Shown: one piece after another, positions 16,999 to 25,089 of the stretch
Numbering within the stretch: the first letter of the stretch is position 1
How the letters are laid out: each line of letters starts with the position of its first letter
Source of the DNA: Candidatus Brocadiaceae bacterium
Lineage (GTDB): Bacteria; Planctomycetota; Brocadiia; Brocadiales; Brocadiaceae
Direction of reading: 5' to 3'
Length of the DNA stretch: 35,845 nucleotides
Assembly: GCA_024653795.1 (NCBI GenBank)
Contig: JANLHY010000767.1
Location: forward strand, 1-35,845
Notes under the pieces: generated by a model
The model's input: the letters and a program-made list of their open reading frames with translations, nothing else
What the model was told of the DNA's origin: nothing
The model's database searches: none
Program-made: the position numbers and the translations under genes

Positions 16999-17763
16999 AT
17001 GAAAGTTGTTGCTATCATACCCGCCAGAATGGGAAGCACACGATTTCATGGAAAACCATTAGCTAAAATTCATGGTCATTCTATGATTGAACATGTATAC
17101 CGCCGGGTATTATGCTCAAAATTGATCAATGAATTATATGTGGCTACCTGCGACAAAGAGATCGCTGATGAAGTAAAAAGGTTTAAAGGACGGGCAATTA
17201 TGACATCACCCCATCACTTGCGTGGAACAGATCGTGTTGCTGAGGCTATCGCAAAGATCGAAGCTGATATTGTAATTAATGTGCAAGGAGATGAGCCTAT
17301 GGTGGATCCAAATGTGTTGGATAAAGCTATTGCTTTCATAAACGAACAGGAAGATATCCAATGCGTGAACTTAATTTCACCTATTAATGAGTGGGATTGT
17401 TTTGTTAGTAAAGATGTAGTTAAGACAGTATTAGATAAAAATAACAAAGTGCTTTATTTTTCACGGCAGCCTATTCCTACCTGTAAACCGCAAAATTTTA
17501 AAAATGCATTTAAACAAATTGGAATTTATATTTTCCGCAAAGAATTTTTATTGCAATTTTCCCAGTGGCCAGAGACTTCGTTGGAACAGATGGAACAGGT
17601 AGATATGTTGAGAATCATTGAAAATGGTTTTCCCATATACACGTTCGAGTCTAATGATATGATTGGTGTGGACAAACCGGGAGAGGTGGCACTGGTTGAG
17701 CAAGCCTTGCTGAACGATCCTTTATATCAGAAACTTTTTACCACTAATTCTCCATCAGCCTGA
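16999..17763 (+). CDS. KdsB-family cytidylyltransferase (CMP-ulosonic acid synthetase)
   Basis: IIPARMGSTRFHGKPL, GTDRVAEA and NVQGDEP closely follow the 3-deoxy-manno-octulosonate cytidylyltransferase signature. 254 aa. Confidence 0.85.
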   Translation: MKVVAIIPARMGSTRFHGKPLAKIHGHSMIEHVYRRVLCSKLINELYVATCDKEIADEVKRFKGRAIMTSPHHLRGTDRVAEAIAKIEADIVINVQGDEPMVDPNVLDKAIAFINEQEDIQCVNLISPINEWDCFVSKDVVKTVLDKNNKVLYFSRQPIPTCKPQNFKNAFKQIGIYIFRKEFLLQFSQWPETSLEQMEQVDMLRIIENGFPIYTFESNDMIGVDKPGEVALVEQALLNDPLYQKLFTTNSPSA

Positions 17764-17766
17764 CAA

Positions 17767-19536
17767 TTGAAGGTCACTTTTAAAGATCAGATTCCTGACA
17801 ATGTAAATATACCATTTGGAATTTATCAATATGACGAGTCGCTGAGACTGAATTCTAATTACATTGATATAAGAGGAATTGTCAGAGAAAAAAACTCGAC
17901 TTGGCTGGATGAAATCCATTCATCTTTTGCAAATGTTTCTTCGGCATTTTTGCGATATTCACGATGGTGGTGGTTAACCGGTATGTCAAGGTTGGATATC
18001 AGGCCATGGGGACAGGAAGGTATTTTCAAACCCCTTCTTTTTGCAAAGGCTGTTTTAGAATGGAGAAAGTATCATACAAATATTAAGGAAATTCTTCTAA
18101 TAGGATGTGATCCCTTGGTTGCTGTTTATTTGAAAGAGTTTGATAACACGTTGATTTTGGAAGGAGAGATAGAAATTCCCCCCCCCTTTTTTTTTATATT
18201 TCATGCATTCAAAAAGTCTATATGGGCTGTGCTTAGATTGCTTAAGGTAGCTTATAGTATCTGTATAAATCATATTTTCAAACCCTCCGGCAAGATAAAT
18301 TATAATGTAATTGTTTTATATGATCCTGTGCCGGATGTGCCTGTAAAATCCGGATATAGATATTATTATGGGTCTTTATTTGATTCAATAAATGATATAA
18401 AAATAGACTCAATAGGTTACGCTTGTACAGGATATACAGGTTTTAATTCAAAGCAAGAAAGAAGAGAGTTTTCTAAAAATAGTTCAGTGTTTTTTCTGCT
18501 GGATCATATCAACACAGTATATCTGATGCAAAGCATATTTATTAATATTTATATTATGTTGCTAACCTGGGTTATTGCATTTCGGAAGCTCCCATGCTCG
18601 ATCAAAGGGAGCAACTCTTTTTTGTTCTGGAAAAATTATCTTTTTCATGAGTTGGATAGAGTTCCATGTTTAAGTAATATGTGCAATTATATGGCGTTAA
18701 AATCCATTTTTAAACAATCATCTCAATGCAAACTGGTCATATACCTGTATGAAGAAAAAGGTTTAGAAAGAGCCATTTTGTTAGCTTGCAAAGAACATGG
18801 TATACGCTCTATAGGGTATACCCCTAACCCACAGTACCGTACTGCGCTGTCTATGCGTGATGACCCCCGGCCAGCATCACCTAAGCCGTCAACTTATGCT
18901 GTTTGTGGACCGGAATATGTTGATTTCTTTGTTTCGTGGGGTAAGAAAGACAATGATTCTATCAGTGTCTGGGGGAGTGAAAAATCTTCAAAAAAATCAT
19001 TCAAGACCTGTGGAATAAATCGTTCTCATCCGAAAATTCTATTTTTACTTAGTCACCCCAATGAATTGAAAACATTTCATTCATGGCTTCGCGCCAATAG
19101 TCGTATTTCATGTTCTGTTACGTATCTGGTTCGCAGTTATAAGGCGGTGAATTATAAAGAATTTGAAAAGGTATTAACCCCAATGATGAACGAATTCAAT
19201 TGTGTTATGGAAAGTCATGGTGACTTAAATGAAGATTTAGAACAGTGTGATTTAACTGTTTTTTGTGCCACCAGCGCTGGACTTGTGTCTGTTAATTATG
19301 GATACCTGTCAATCTATTTAGACTTAAATGATTTCCTTGAAATAAATCCATGCTTTGATAATTTAGATGTCATGCTATATTGCAAGTCTCCTGCAGAATT
19401 TGCCGTTCGGTTAAACGAAATATGCAATATGAGCGCTGATTCAATAATGGAATTATACCAAAGGCAACTATCTTTGGTTGATAGAATTTTCAGCCCGATT
19501 CAAACATCTCTTATAGAAAAAGAATTATTATGTTGA
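17767..19536 (+). CDS. Large protein of unknown function; candidate glycosyl/ulosonyl transferase by position
   Basis: 589-aa open frame with a TTG start 4 nt after the cytidylyltransferase stop. I recognised no motif. Contains the C9T9 tract. Confidence 0.5.
   Translation: MKVTFKDQIPDNVNIPFGIYQYDESLRLNSNYIDIRGIVREKNSTWLDEIHSSFANVSSAFLRYSRWWWLTGMSRLDIRPWGQEGIFKPLLFAKAVLEWRKYHTNIKEILLIGCDPLVAVYLKEFDNTLILEGEIEIPPPFFFIFHAFKKSIWAVLRLLKVAYSICINHIFKPSGKINYNVIVLYDPVPDVPVKSGYRYYYGSLFDSINDIKIDSIGYACTGYTGFNSKQERREFSKNSSVFFLLDHINTVYLMQSIFINIYIMLLTWVIAFRKLPCSIKGSNSFLFWKNYLFHELDRVPCLSNMCNYMALKSIFKQSSQCKLVIYLYEEKGLERAILLACKEHGIRSIGYTPNPQYRTALSMRDDPRPASPKPSTYAVCGPEYVDFFVSWGKKDNDSISVWGSEKSSKKSFKTCGINRSHPKILFLLSHPNELKTFHSWLRANSRISCSVTYLVRSYKAVNYKEFEKVLTPMMNEFNCVMESHGDLNEDLEQCDLTVFCATSAGLVSVNYGYLSIYLDLNDFLEINPCFDNLDVMLYCKSPAEFAVRLNEICNMSADSIMELYQRQLSLVDRIFSPIQTSLIEKELLC
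18178..18195 (+). repeat. Homopolymer pair C9 followed by T9, codon-aligned inside the CDS (encodes PPPFFF)
   Basis: Counted directly: C at 18178-18186 and T at 18187-18195. 18178 minus 17767 is 411, so the tract begins on a codon boundary. Confidence 0.95.
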
Positions 19537-20378
19537 GTTATTTGAAAAAAACTTCTGTAGCACAGCGAATGAAAAACACTCGCGCAGCAAGTTTAGTAAT
19601 GCAGTCTGTGGGAGATTGGCGATACCCATTTATGCTCGGTTCATGGTGGTTATCTAGTGTGTTAGTCCCTCGGCGAAAAATTTCAGTCGGAGACGTCTCA
19701 TTTACGCTTTCGTGTACGAATTGGATAACTCATTTTCGCTGGTATCTGTTTAAAAGGAAAGAGCCCGAAGTGCGTTATTATATTGATAAATATGTAAAGG
19801 ATGGTGATATATTTTTTGATATAGGAGCGAATGTTGGCGTATTTTCGATTTATACTGCCATTCGTTATCCTAATATTTCTATATATTGTTTTGAACCCGA
19901 GTATTCGAATTTAAATGCATTAAAAGAGAATATTGTTTGCAATAAGATGATGCACAAGGCTAATATATATAGTGTTGCTATAAGCAATTTTATTGGCTTC
20001 AGCAAGCTTCATCTACAAGATATTACAACAGGTTCTGCCTGCCATACCGAAAGCAGAAAACCCATTAATCTAACCCATGAAGGATATCCTGTAGTTTGGA
20101 CAGAAGGGATTGTTTCCGTGACTTTAGACTATTTGTGCGAGCAGTTAGGCGTCATCCCCAATGCAATAAAAATTGATACAGATGGCAATGAAGATAAGGT
20201 GCTTGAAGGCGCTGTTAAAACATTATCTAACAGCAATCTAAGGAGCTTGGTAATTGAAATGCCTCATGAAAATAAAGGCAAGAGCGATCTCTGTTACGAA
20301 ATATTGAAATCTGCAGGGTTATATTTAGCATGGTCGAATAGGGAAAAAACCCGCAATGAAATTTGGATACGACAGTAA
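19530..20378 (+). CDS. FkbM family methyltransferase
   Basis: FFDIGANVGVFSIY (SAM motif) and IKIDTDGNEDKVLEGA (the KIDxEGxE-type FkbM signature). 282 aa. Confidence 0.8.
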   Translation: MLSYLKKTSVAQRMKNTRAASLVMQSVGDWRYPFMLGSWWLSSVLVPRRKISVGDVSFTLSCTNWITHFRWYLFKRKEPEVRYYIDKYVKDGDIFFDIGANVGVFSIYTAIRYPNISIYCFEPEYSNLNALKENIVCNKMMHKANIYSVAISNFIGFSKLHLQDITTGSACHTESRKPINLTHEGYPVVWTEGIVSVTLDYLCEQLGVIPNAIKIDTDGNEDKVLEGAVKTLSNSNLRSLVIEMPHENKGKSDLCYEILKSAGLYLAWSNREKTRNEIWIRQ

Positions 20379-20532
20379 ATGGACAAAACAACTTAATTGC
20401 AGGAGGCGATAGATGCAAGGATAAGGGCAGAGAAGAAGTTCAAGCGTGTGAAAGGTTACAGGGAAATACTAAAACTTGCAACTGCCTTGCAGCATAATTC
20501 CCTTGAAAGAAAGGAGGTTAGTCCAGAGGTAG

Positions 20533-20618
20533 GATAGACGAACAGGTTCGTCTATCACCCCAAATCTGGCATAAAAAGCGAACATTGGGTTCGTTTATGA
20601 ACGAGTTAGGCGAAATTG
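20533..20618 (+). repeat. Intergenic repeat family, copy A (right half conserved; left end replaced by a 24-nt palindrome)
   Basis: Shares GGTTCG..TCACCCCAAAT and the terminal GTTAGGCGAAATTG (20605-20618) with copy B. No GCCTAAC left end. Confidence 0.6.
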
Positions 20619-20645
20619 TGATGCTATATTTACGGAGGAATAATC

Positions 20646-21527
20646 ATGAATGAACAAAAAATTATGAACAAAACAATGGACTTAGAAGATATTAATGGGT
20701 CTGATGAAGCTTTAGCAGTAGTTGACGAACTAAATAGTCTGATTAAGCAGATAAAGGCCAGAAATTTGAAGATCAGTTCTTGGTATGGAGTATTTAATTT
20801 AACTGGAGATGCCAATTCATGTGAGTGGATTAACCGCGGTTATGGTTATGAGGGTATTGAGGGAGCAATTGATGATAAAAATTTTTCATGGTTTTTGTAT
20901 TGGGAGATAGTATGGATTGTTCTAAATAATGAATTCTATCCAGAACAGAAGGTTTTGGATTTAGGTGGAAGTTCCTCATTATTTTCATATTACTTAGCAT
21001 CAAAGGGAGTAGATGTAACGACTATAGATCTTCAAAAAGAATTAGTCGATAACGCAAACTTTGTGGCGAAACAGATGGGATGGAATCTAAAAAATTATGT
21101 TATGAACATGAGGGAATTAAACTTCGATTCGAAATTCGACCATATAACCTCAATATGTGTTTATGAACATTTACCAATGTACGATAGAGTAACCATAAAT
21201 AAAAATATAGAAGACTTACTAGTCGAAAGAGGAAAATTTAGTATCACCTTCGATTATAGAAACCCGTCTAGGTTTGCACAGATAAATTCTCCAAAAGATA
21301 TTTATGAACAATTTGTAAAACCTTCGGGTCTGAAAATAAGAGGAAATAAAGATTTTTTAGACAATGGCAAGAACTATTTATTAAATCCATTCTATTACAA
21401 ATACAAAAGAAGATTATGGAAATATATAATAAGCTCCATTAGGAGAAGACATCTTAGTCCATTGGAGCTCTTTAGGATCAAAGAGTCTAATGATTATACA
21501 TTTGGTGCATTATTCCTAGAGAAATAA
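20646..21527 (+). CDS. Class I SAM-dependent methyltransferase
   Basis: KVLDLGGSSSLFSYYLASKGVDVTTIDL (motif I plus the acidic end of beta-2) and ICVYEHL. GGAGG RBS. 293 aa. Confidence 0.7.
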   Translation: MNEQKIMNKTMDLEDINGSDEALAVVDELNSLIKQIKARNLKISSWYGVFNLTGDANSCEWINRGYGYEGIEGAIDDKNFSWFLYWEIVWIVLNNEFYPEQKVLDLGGSSSLFSYYLASKGVDVTTIDLQKELVDNANFVAKQMGWNLKNYVMNMRELNFDSKFDHITSICVYEHLPMYDRVTINKNIEDLLVERGKFSITFDYRNPSRFAQINSPKDIYEQFVKPSGLKIRGNKDFLDNGKNYLLNPFYYKYKRRLWKYIISSIRRRHLSPLELFRIKESNDYTFGALFLEK

Positions 21528-21548
21528 ATAGTAAATAAATATGGAAGC

Positions 21549-21645
21549 ATCACAACTACGCCTAACAGCGGATAAACGGTTCGGCGCTTGCAGAGCCTCA
21601 CCCAAATTGCCTTCGGCAACTTTTTTAAACCGTTAGGCGAAATTG
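21549..21645 (+). repeat. Intergenic repeat family, copy B (complete): CGCCTAAC ... GTTAGGCG ends, attC-like
   Basis: CGCCTAAC at 21559-21566 is the exact reverse complement of GTTAGGCG at 21632-21639. The left part aligns with copy C and the right part with copy A. Confidence 0.7.
21607..21626 (+). terminator. Weak hairpin plus T6 inside repeat copy B (possible intrinsic terminator)
   Basis: TTGCC-ttc-GGCAA followed by C and TTTTTT. The stem is only 5 bp with a 3-nt loop. Confidence 0.25.
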
Positions 21646-21675
21646 CATATTAACAACTAAGGAGAATTATTTATT

Positions 21676-23175
21676 ATGAAACTAAACCAACATAGAATTT
21701 TGCTTATAGAGCCTCCTCATTATAGGTTATTTAAAGATACATATTCGCTTGACAGATATCCTCTTTCTTTAGGTTATCTGGCTGGAACAATAAGAAAAGA
21801 AACAAATTGGAGTGTAATGGCTTACAACACTGACTTTTGTCCTCAAAGTGAATCGATTAAACACAGTTATTTAGCAAGTACGGGCTTTGATAATTATCTA
21901 AATAATCTGAAAGACTTATCAGGACAGGTTTGGAGAGAGGTCAAATCAACTATATCAGAGTATAAACCCACTGTTGTTGGAATTTCTGCCAAATCTCAAA
22001 ATTTTACATCAGCATGTATAGTGGCTAAATTCGTTAAGGAAGTCAACGATCAAACCATTGTAATAGTAGGTGGTCCTCATCCTTCCATGGTAGAATCAGA
22101 TGTGCTGAATTGTCCAGATATTGATGTAGGTGTCAGAGGTGAAGGTGAAAATACTATTGTTGAACTACTTAATGCGATAGAGGCCCGAAAGAAATTCGAT
22201 GATATACGAGGCATTGTCTATAGAAAAGACACCCAGATTGTTAAAAACGCTCCCAGAGAATTTTTAGAAGATTTAGATTCTCTATGTTTCCCTCATGAAA
22301 GTGCTCCGGAAGTATTAAAAGACTACGACCAATATCCGCTAACGGCATTTAGAAATATATTTGCAACAAGAGGATGTCCCTATAATTGTTTCTTTTGCGG
22401 GTCCCGTAAGATATGGAATCGCAGTGTAAGATTTCGTTCCCCCGAGAATGTTGTGAGGGAAATAAAAGGTCTTCAAAAGATGGGATTAAGATCAGCCCAT
22501 TTTGACGACGACACTTTCGGTGTAAATAAGAAATATATAAACGATCTATGCAATGCACTTATCATACATTGTCCAGGCCTAAAATGGAGTTCTGAAATCC
22601 ATGTAAAATTGGTTGATGAACAAACCATATCTCTTATGAAAACAGCAGGTTGTTTTTCAATCCTAATTGGTATTGAATCGGGTAATAATGAAATATTGAA
22701 AGAAATGAGGAAAAACATCACTATTGAAGAAGCCCTTTCTGCGTGTGAAATTATTAAGAAACATGGTATATTGTTGCAAGCGTTCTTTATCGTTGGCTTT
22801 CCTCAAGAAACTGAAGATACTTTAAATGATACTGTCGCAGTTATGAAAAAATTAAATGCGGATGATTTAATCTACAGCATATTTACTCCTTATCCGGGTA
22901 CAGAGGCATTTGAATTTTGTAAAGAAAGGGGGTTGATTAGTGACGAGTATGATGTCTCTTTGTACAATCATCAGAGTCCAGCCAACTGCTTTTGCATTAA
23001 CATAAGGCCAGAGAGATTTAGGAGATTGGTTTCTAAAATAGAGAAAATGATAGACAGAAAAAACTCGCTAAATAAGATAAAACAAGTATTTTCCTTTGAC
23101 ACATTTAGAAAAATACAAGAGTTGGGAATAGGTAAAAGTTTTCAAAAAGGTATAAGAGTATTCATTGGCAAATAA
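21676..23175 (+). CDS. B12-binding-domain radical SAM protein (class B rSAM) no. 1
   Basis: N-terminal VVGISA...IVIVGGPHPS...VRGEGENTIVELL (cobalamin-binding-domain pattern), then RGCPYNCFFCGS (CxxxCxxC). Paralogue of the ORF at 28754. Confidence 0.9.
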   Translation: MKLNQHRILLIEPPHYRLFKDTYSLDRYPLSLGYLAGTIRKETNWSVMAYNTDFCPQSESIKHSYLASTGFDNYLNNLKDLSGQVWREVKSTISEYKPTVVGISAKSQNFTSACIVAKFVKEVNDQTIVIVGGPHPSMVESDVLNCPDIDVGVRGEGENTIVELLNAIEARKKFDDIRGIVYRKDTQIVKNAPREFLEDLDSLCFPHESAPEVLKDYDQYPLTAFRNIFATRGCPYNCFFCGSRKIWNRSVRFRSPENVVREIKGLQKMGLRSAHFDDDTFGVNKKYINDLCNALIIHCPGLKWSSEIHVKLVDEQTISLMKTAGCFSILIGIESGNNEILKEMRKNITIEEALSACEIIKKHGILLQAFFIVGFPQETEDTLNDTVAVMKKLNADDLIYSIFTPYPGTEAFEFCKERGLISDEYDVSLYNHQSPANCFCINIRPERFRRLVSKIEKMIDRKNSLNKIKQVFSFDTFRKIQELGIGKSFQKGIRVFIGK

Positions 23176-23200
23176 CGATTTGTAGGAAATGAAATGGGCT

Positions 23201-23272
23201 ATTGCAACCTCGCCTAACACAAAATAAAAGGTTCGTGCCTAATGGCACTCACTCAAATTTTTCTTCGCAAAA
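23201..23272 (+). repeat. Intergenic repeat family, copy C (left part only, truncated)
   Basis: ATTGCAACCTCGCCTAACA...AGGTTCGTGCC...CTCACTCAAATT aligns with copy B (ATCACAACTACGCCTAACA...CGGTTCGGCGC...CTCACCCAAATT). It lacks the GTTAGGCG end and abuts the FkbM fragment. Confidence 0.65.
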
Positions 23273-23552
23273 ACTATCCTAATGTTTCTGTAACTTTAGA
23301 CTATTTATGTGAGCAGTTAGGCATAATTCCAAATGCAATAAAAATTGATACGGATGGCAATGAAGATACGGTGCTTGAAGGTGCCGTTAAAAACTATCTA
23401 ATACTCGTTTGAGAAGTCTAGTGATTGAAATGCCACATGAGGATACGAGGAAAAGCAATTACTGCTATAAGCTGCTTGAGTCTGCAGGATTCTCTCTGGT
23501 GTGGTCAGATAAGAAAAAAACCAGAAACGAAATTTGGGCGCGTCGTAAATAA
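23273..23552 (+). pseudogene. 3' fragment of an FkbM methyltransferase gene, frameshifted (diverged duplicate of about 20110-20378)
   Basis: Translates to VSVTLDYLCEQLGIIPNAIKIDTDGNEDTVLEGAVK, then after a 1-nt deletion (GTTAAAAACTATCT versus GTTAAAACATTATCT) to LSNTRLRSLVIEMPHE...TRNEIWARRK*. This parallels the C-terminus of the 19530 gene. No N-terminal SAM-binding part is present. Confidence 0.85.
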
Positions 23553-23585
23553 AATATGACGTAGGTCCACTGAAAAGGAGGTAAA

Positions 23586-25058
23586 ATGGAAAACAATATT
23601 ATAGATAAGATGGTTAATCAGCTCAAAGTAATGCTAATTAACCCACCACAAAGATATTTTAACCAATCTCTGGGCTTTAATGTATACTTCCCATTAGGTT
23701 TATTAGGCATCGCTTCTATGATCAGAGATATATGTGTTGTGAAGATATTCGATTGCCTCATAACGGATTTTGAGGTTAAAAAAACAGGGGACTATACTTT
23801 ATACGGGACACCGCTTGAAAAAGTTAAGGAGGCCATTGAAAATTACAATCCTGATATTGTTGGAATTACTACACCATTTTCCTCTCAAGCAGAAAATGCC
23901 AAGGCAATAAGTCGTATCTGCAGAGACATCAATCCCAAAATAACAATAGTTTTTGGAGGGCCTCATGCTTCTGTCAGATATAAACAGTTGTTGGAAGAAG
24001 GCTTCTGTGATTATTGTGTTGTAGGAGAAGGTGAGGCGATTTTTAGGGAATTTATACAGAGAGTTATTTCTAAGTCAGATATTTTTGACATCGGAGGGTT
24101 GGCATATATAAAAGACAATGCTGTAAAATACATGTCACGAAAATTCATGGTCAACTTAGATGATCTACCCTTCCCTGCTTATGACTTAATAGATTTCAAT
24201 GCTTACCTTGATAGTCCATATTTATATAAAAGTAGAAGCGCAATACCCGAGAAATCAATTTCTATGATAACAAGTAGGGGATGTCCCTTCGATTGCACCT
24301 TTTGTTCTATTGAATTGCACATGGGTAAAAGATTCAGGTATCATTCTCCCGATTATGTTATACGCCATCTACGGTTTTGCATTGAGAAAATGGGCATTAG
24401 AAAATTTCATTTTGAAGATGACAACATGTCCCAAAATAAAAAAAGATTTGAAGCGATTCTGGATAAGATAATCGAGAATAATCTTGAGATAAACTGGGAT
24501 ACGCCGAATGGAATTCGTGCCGATACATTGGATTTTAATATTCTAAAAAAAATTAAGCAGTCGGGTTGCATAAGCCTGCAACTCGCAATAGAATCCGGGA
24601 ATCAGCGTATATTAAATGACGTTATTAAAAAGCAGTCTTCTTTAGATTACATTTTTAAGATAATAGAATATTGTTATGAATTAGAAATAAAATTAGCCGC
24701 TTTTTTCGTCATAGGATTTCCTGGAGAGACAATAAATGATATAAAAGAAACCATTGCTTTAGCTGTAAGATTATATAAATCCTACAATGTGCTTCCCATA
24801 CTATTATTTGCAACACCTTTATATGGAACAGAGTTATATAAAATTTGTATGGAGAAAGGGTTTGTAGATAAAAATTTTACAGACGATGACCTTGCTACCG
24901 CAACACAATTTTTTGGGAATCCTTTAATCTCGACAGAAGATTTTAACAAGGACGATCTAAAAAAAATTGCAACTGACTTTGAATTGGAAATGAATAAACT
25001 TGTAGGTAAAGGTTCGTTTCGCAAGATATTAACTGACAAAAAAGCTATTTTTGGTTGA
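23586..25058 (+). CDS. B12-binding-domain radical SAM protein (class B rSAM) no. 2
   Basis: IVGITT...TIVFGGPHAS...VVGEGEAIF, then RGCPFDCTFCS. AAGGAGG RBS. 490 aa. Confidence 0.9.
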   Translation: MENNIIDKMVNQLKVMLINPPQRYFNQSLGFNVYFPLGLLGIASMIRDICVVKIFDCLITDFEVKKTGDYTLYGTPLEKVKEAIENYNPDIVGITTPFSSQAENAKAISRICRDINPKITIVFGGPHASVRYKQLLEEGFCDYCVVGEGEAIFREFIQRVISKSDIFDIGGLAYIKDNAVKYMSRKFMVNLDDLPFPAYDLIDFNAYLDSPYLYKSRSAIPEKSISMITSRGCPFDCTFCSIELHMGKRFRYHSPDYVIRHLRFCIEKMGIRKFHFEDDNMSQNKKRFEAILDKIIENNLEINWDTPNGIRADTLDFNILKKIKQSGCISLQLAIESGNQRILNDVIKKQSSLDYIFKIIEYCYELEIKLAAFFVIGFPGETINDIKETIALAVRLYKSYNVLPILLFATPLYGTELYKICMEKGFVDKNFTDDDLATATQFFGNPLISTEDFNKDDLKKIATDFELEMNKLVGKGSFRKILTDKKAIFG

Positions 25059-25089
25059 AGGTAGAATCTATAAGATTAATAGAGATGAT

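Noticed and set aside
20379-20645. Looked for cobalamin or SAM riboswitches upstream of the methyltransferase and B12-rSAM genes (also in 12994-13143 and 23553-23585)
   Set aside because: I could not recognise a B12-box or the conserved SAM-I/II cores. Only generic hairpins are visible, such as AGGGAA...TTCCCT around 20461-20505. An Rfam scan would be needed to exclude them properly.
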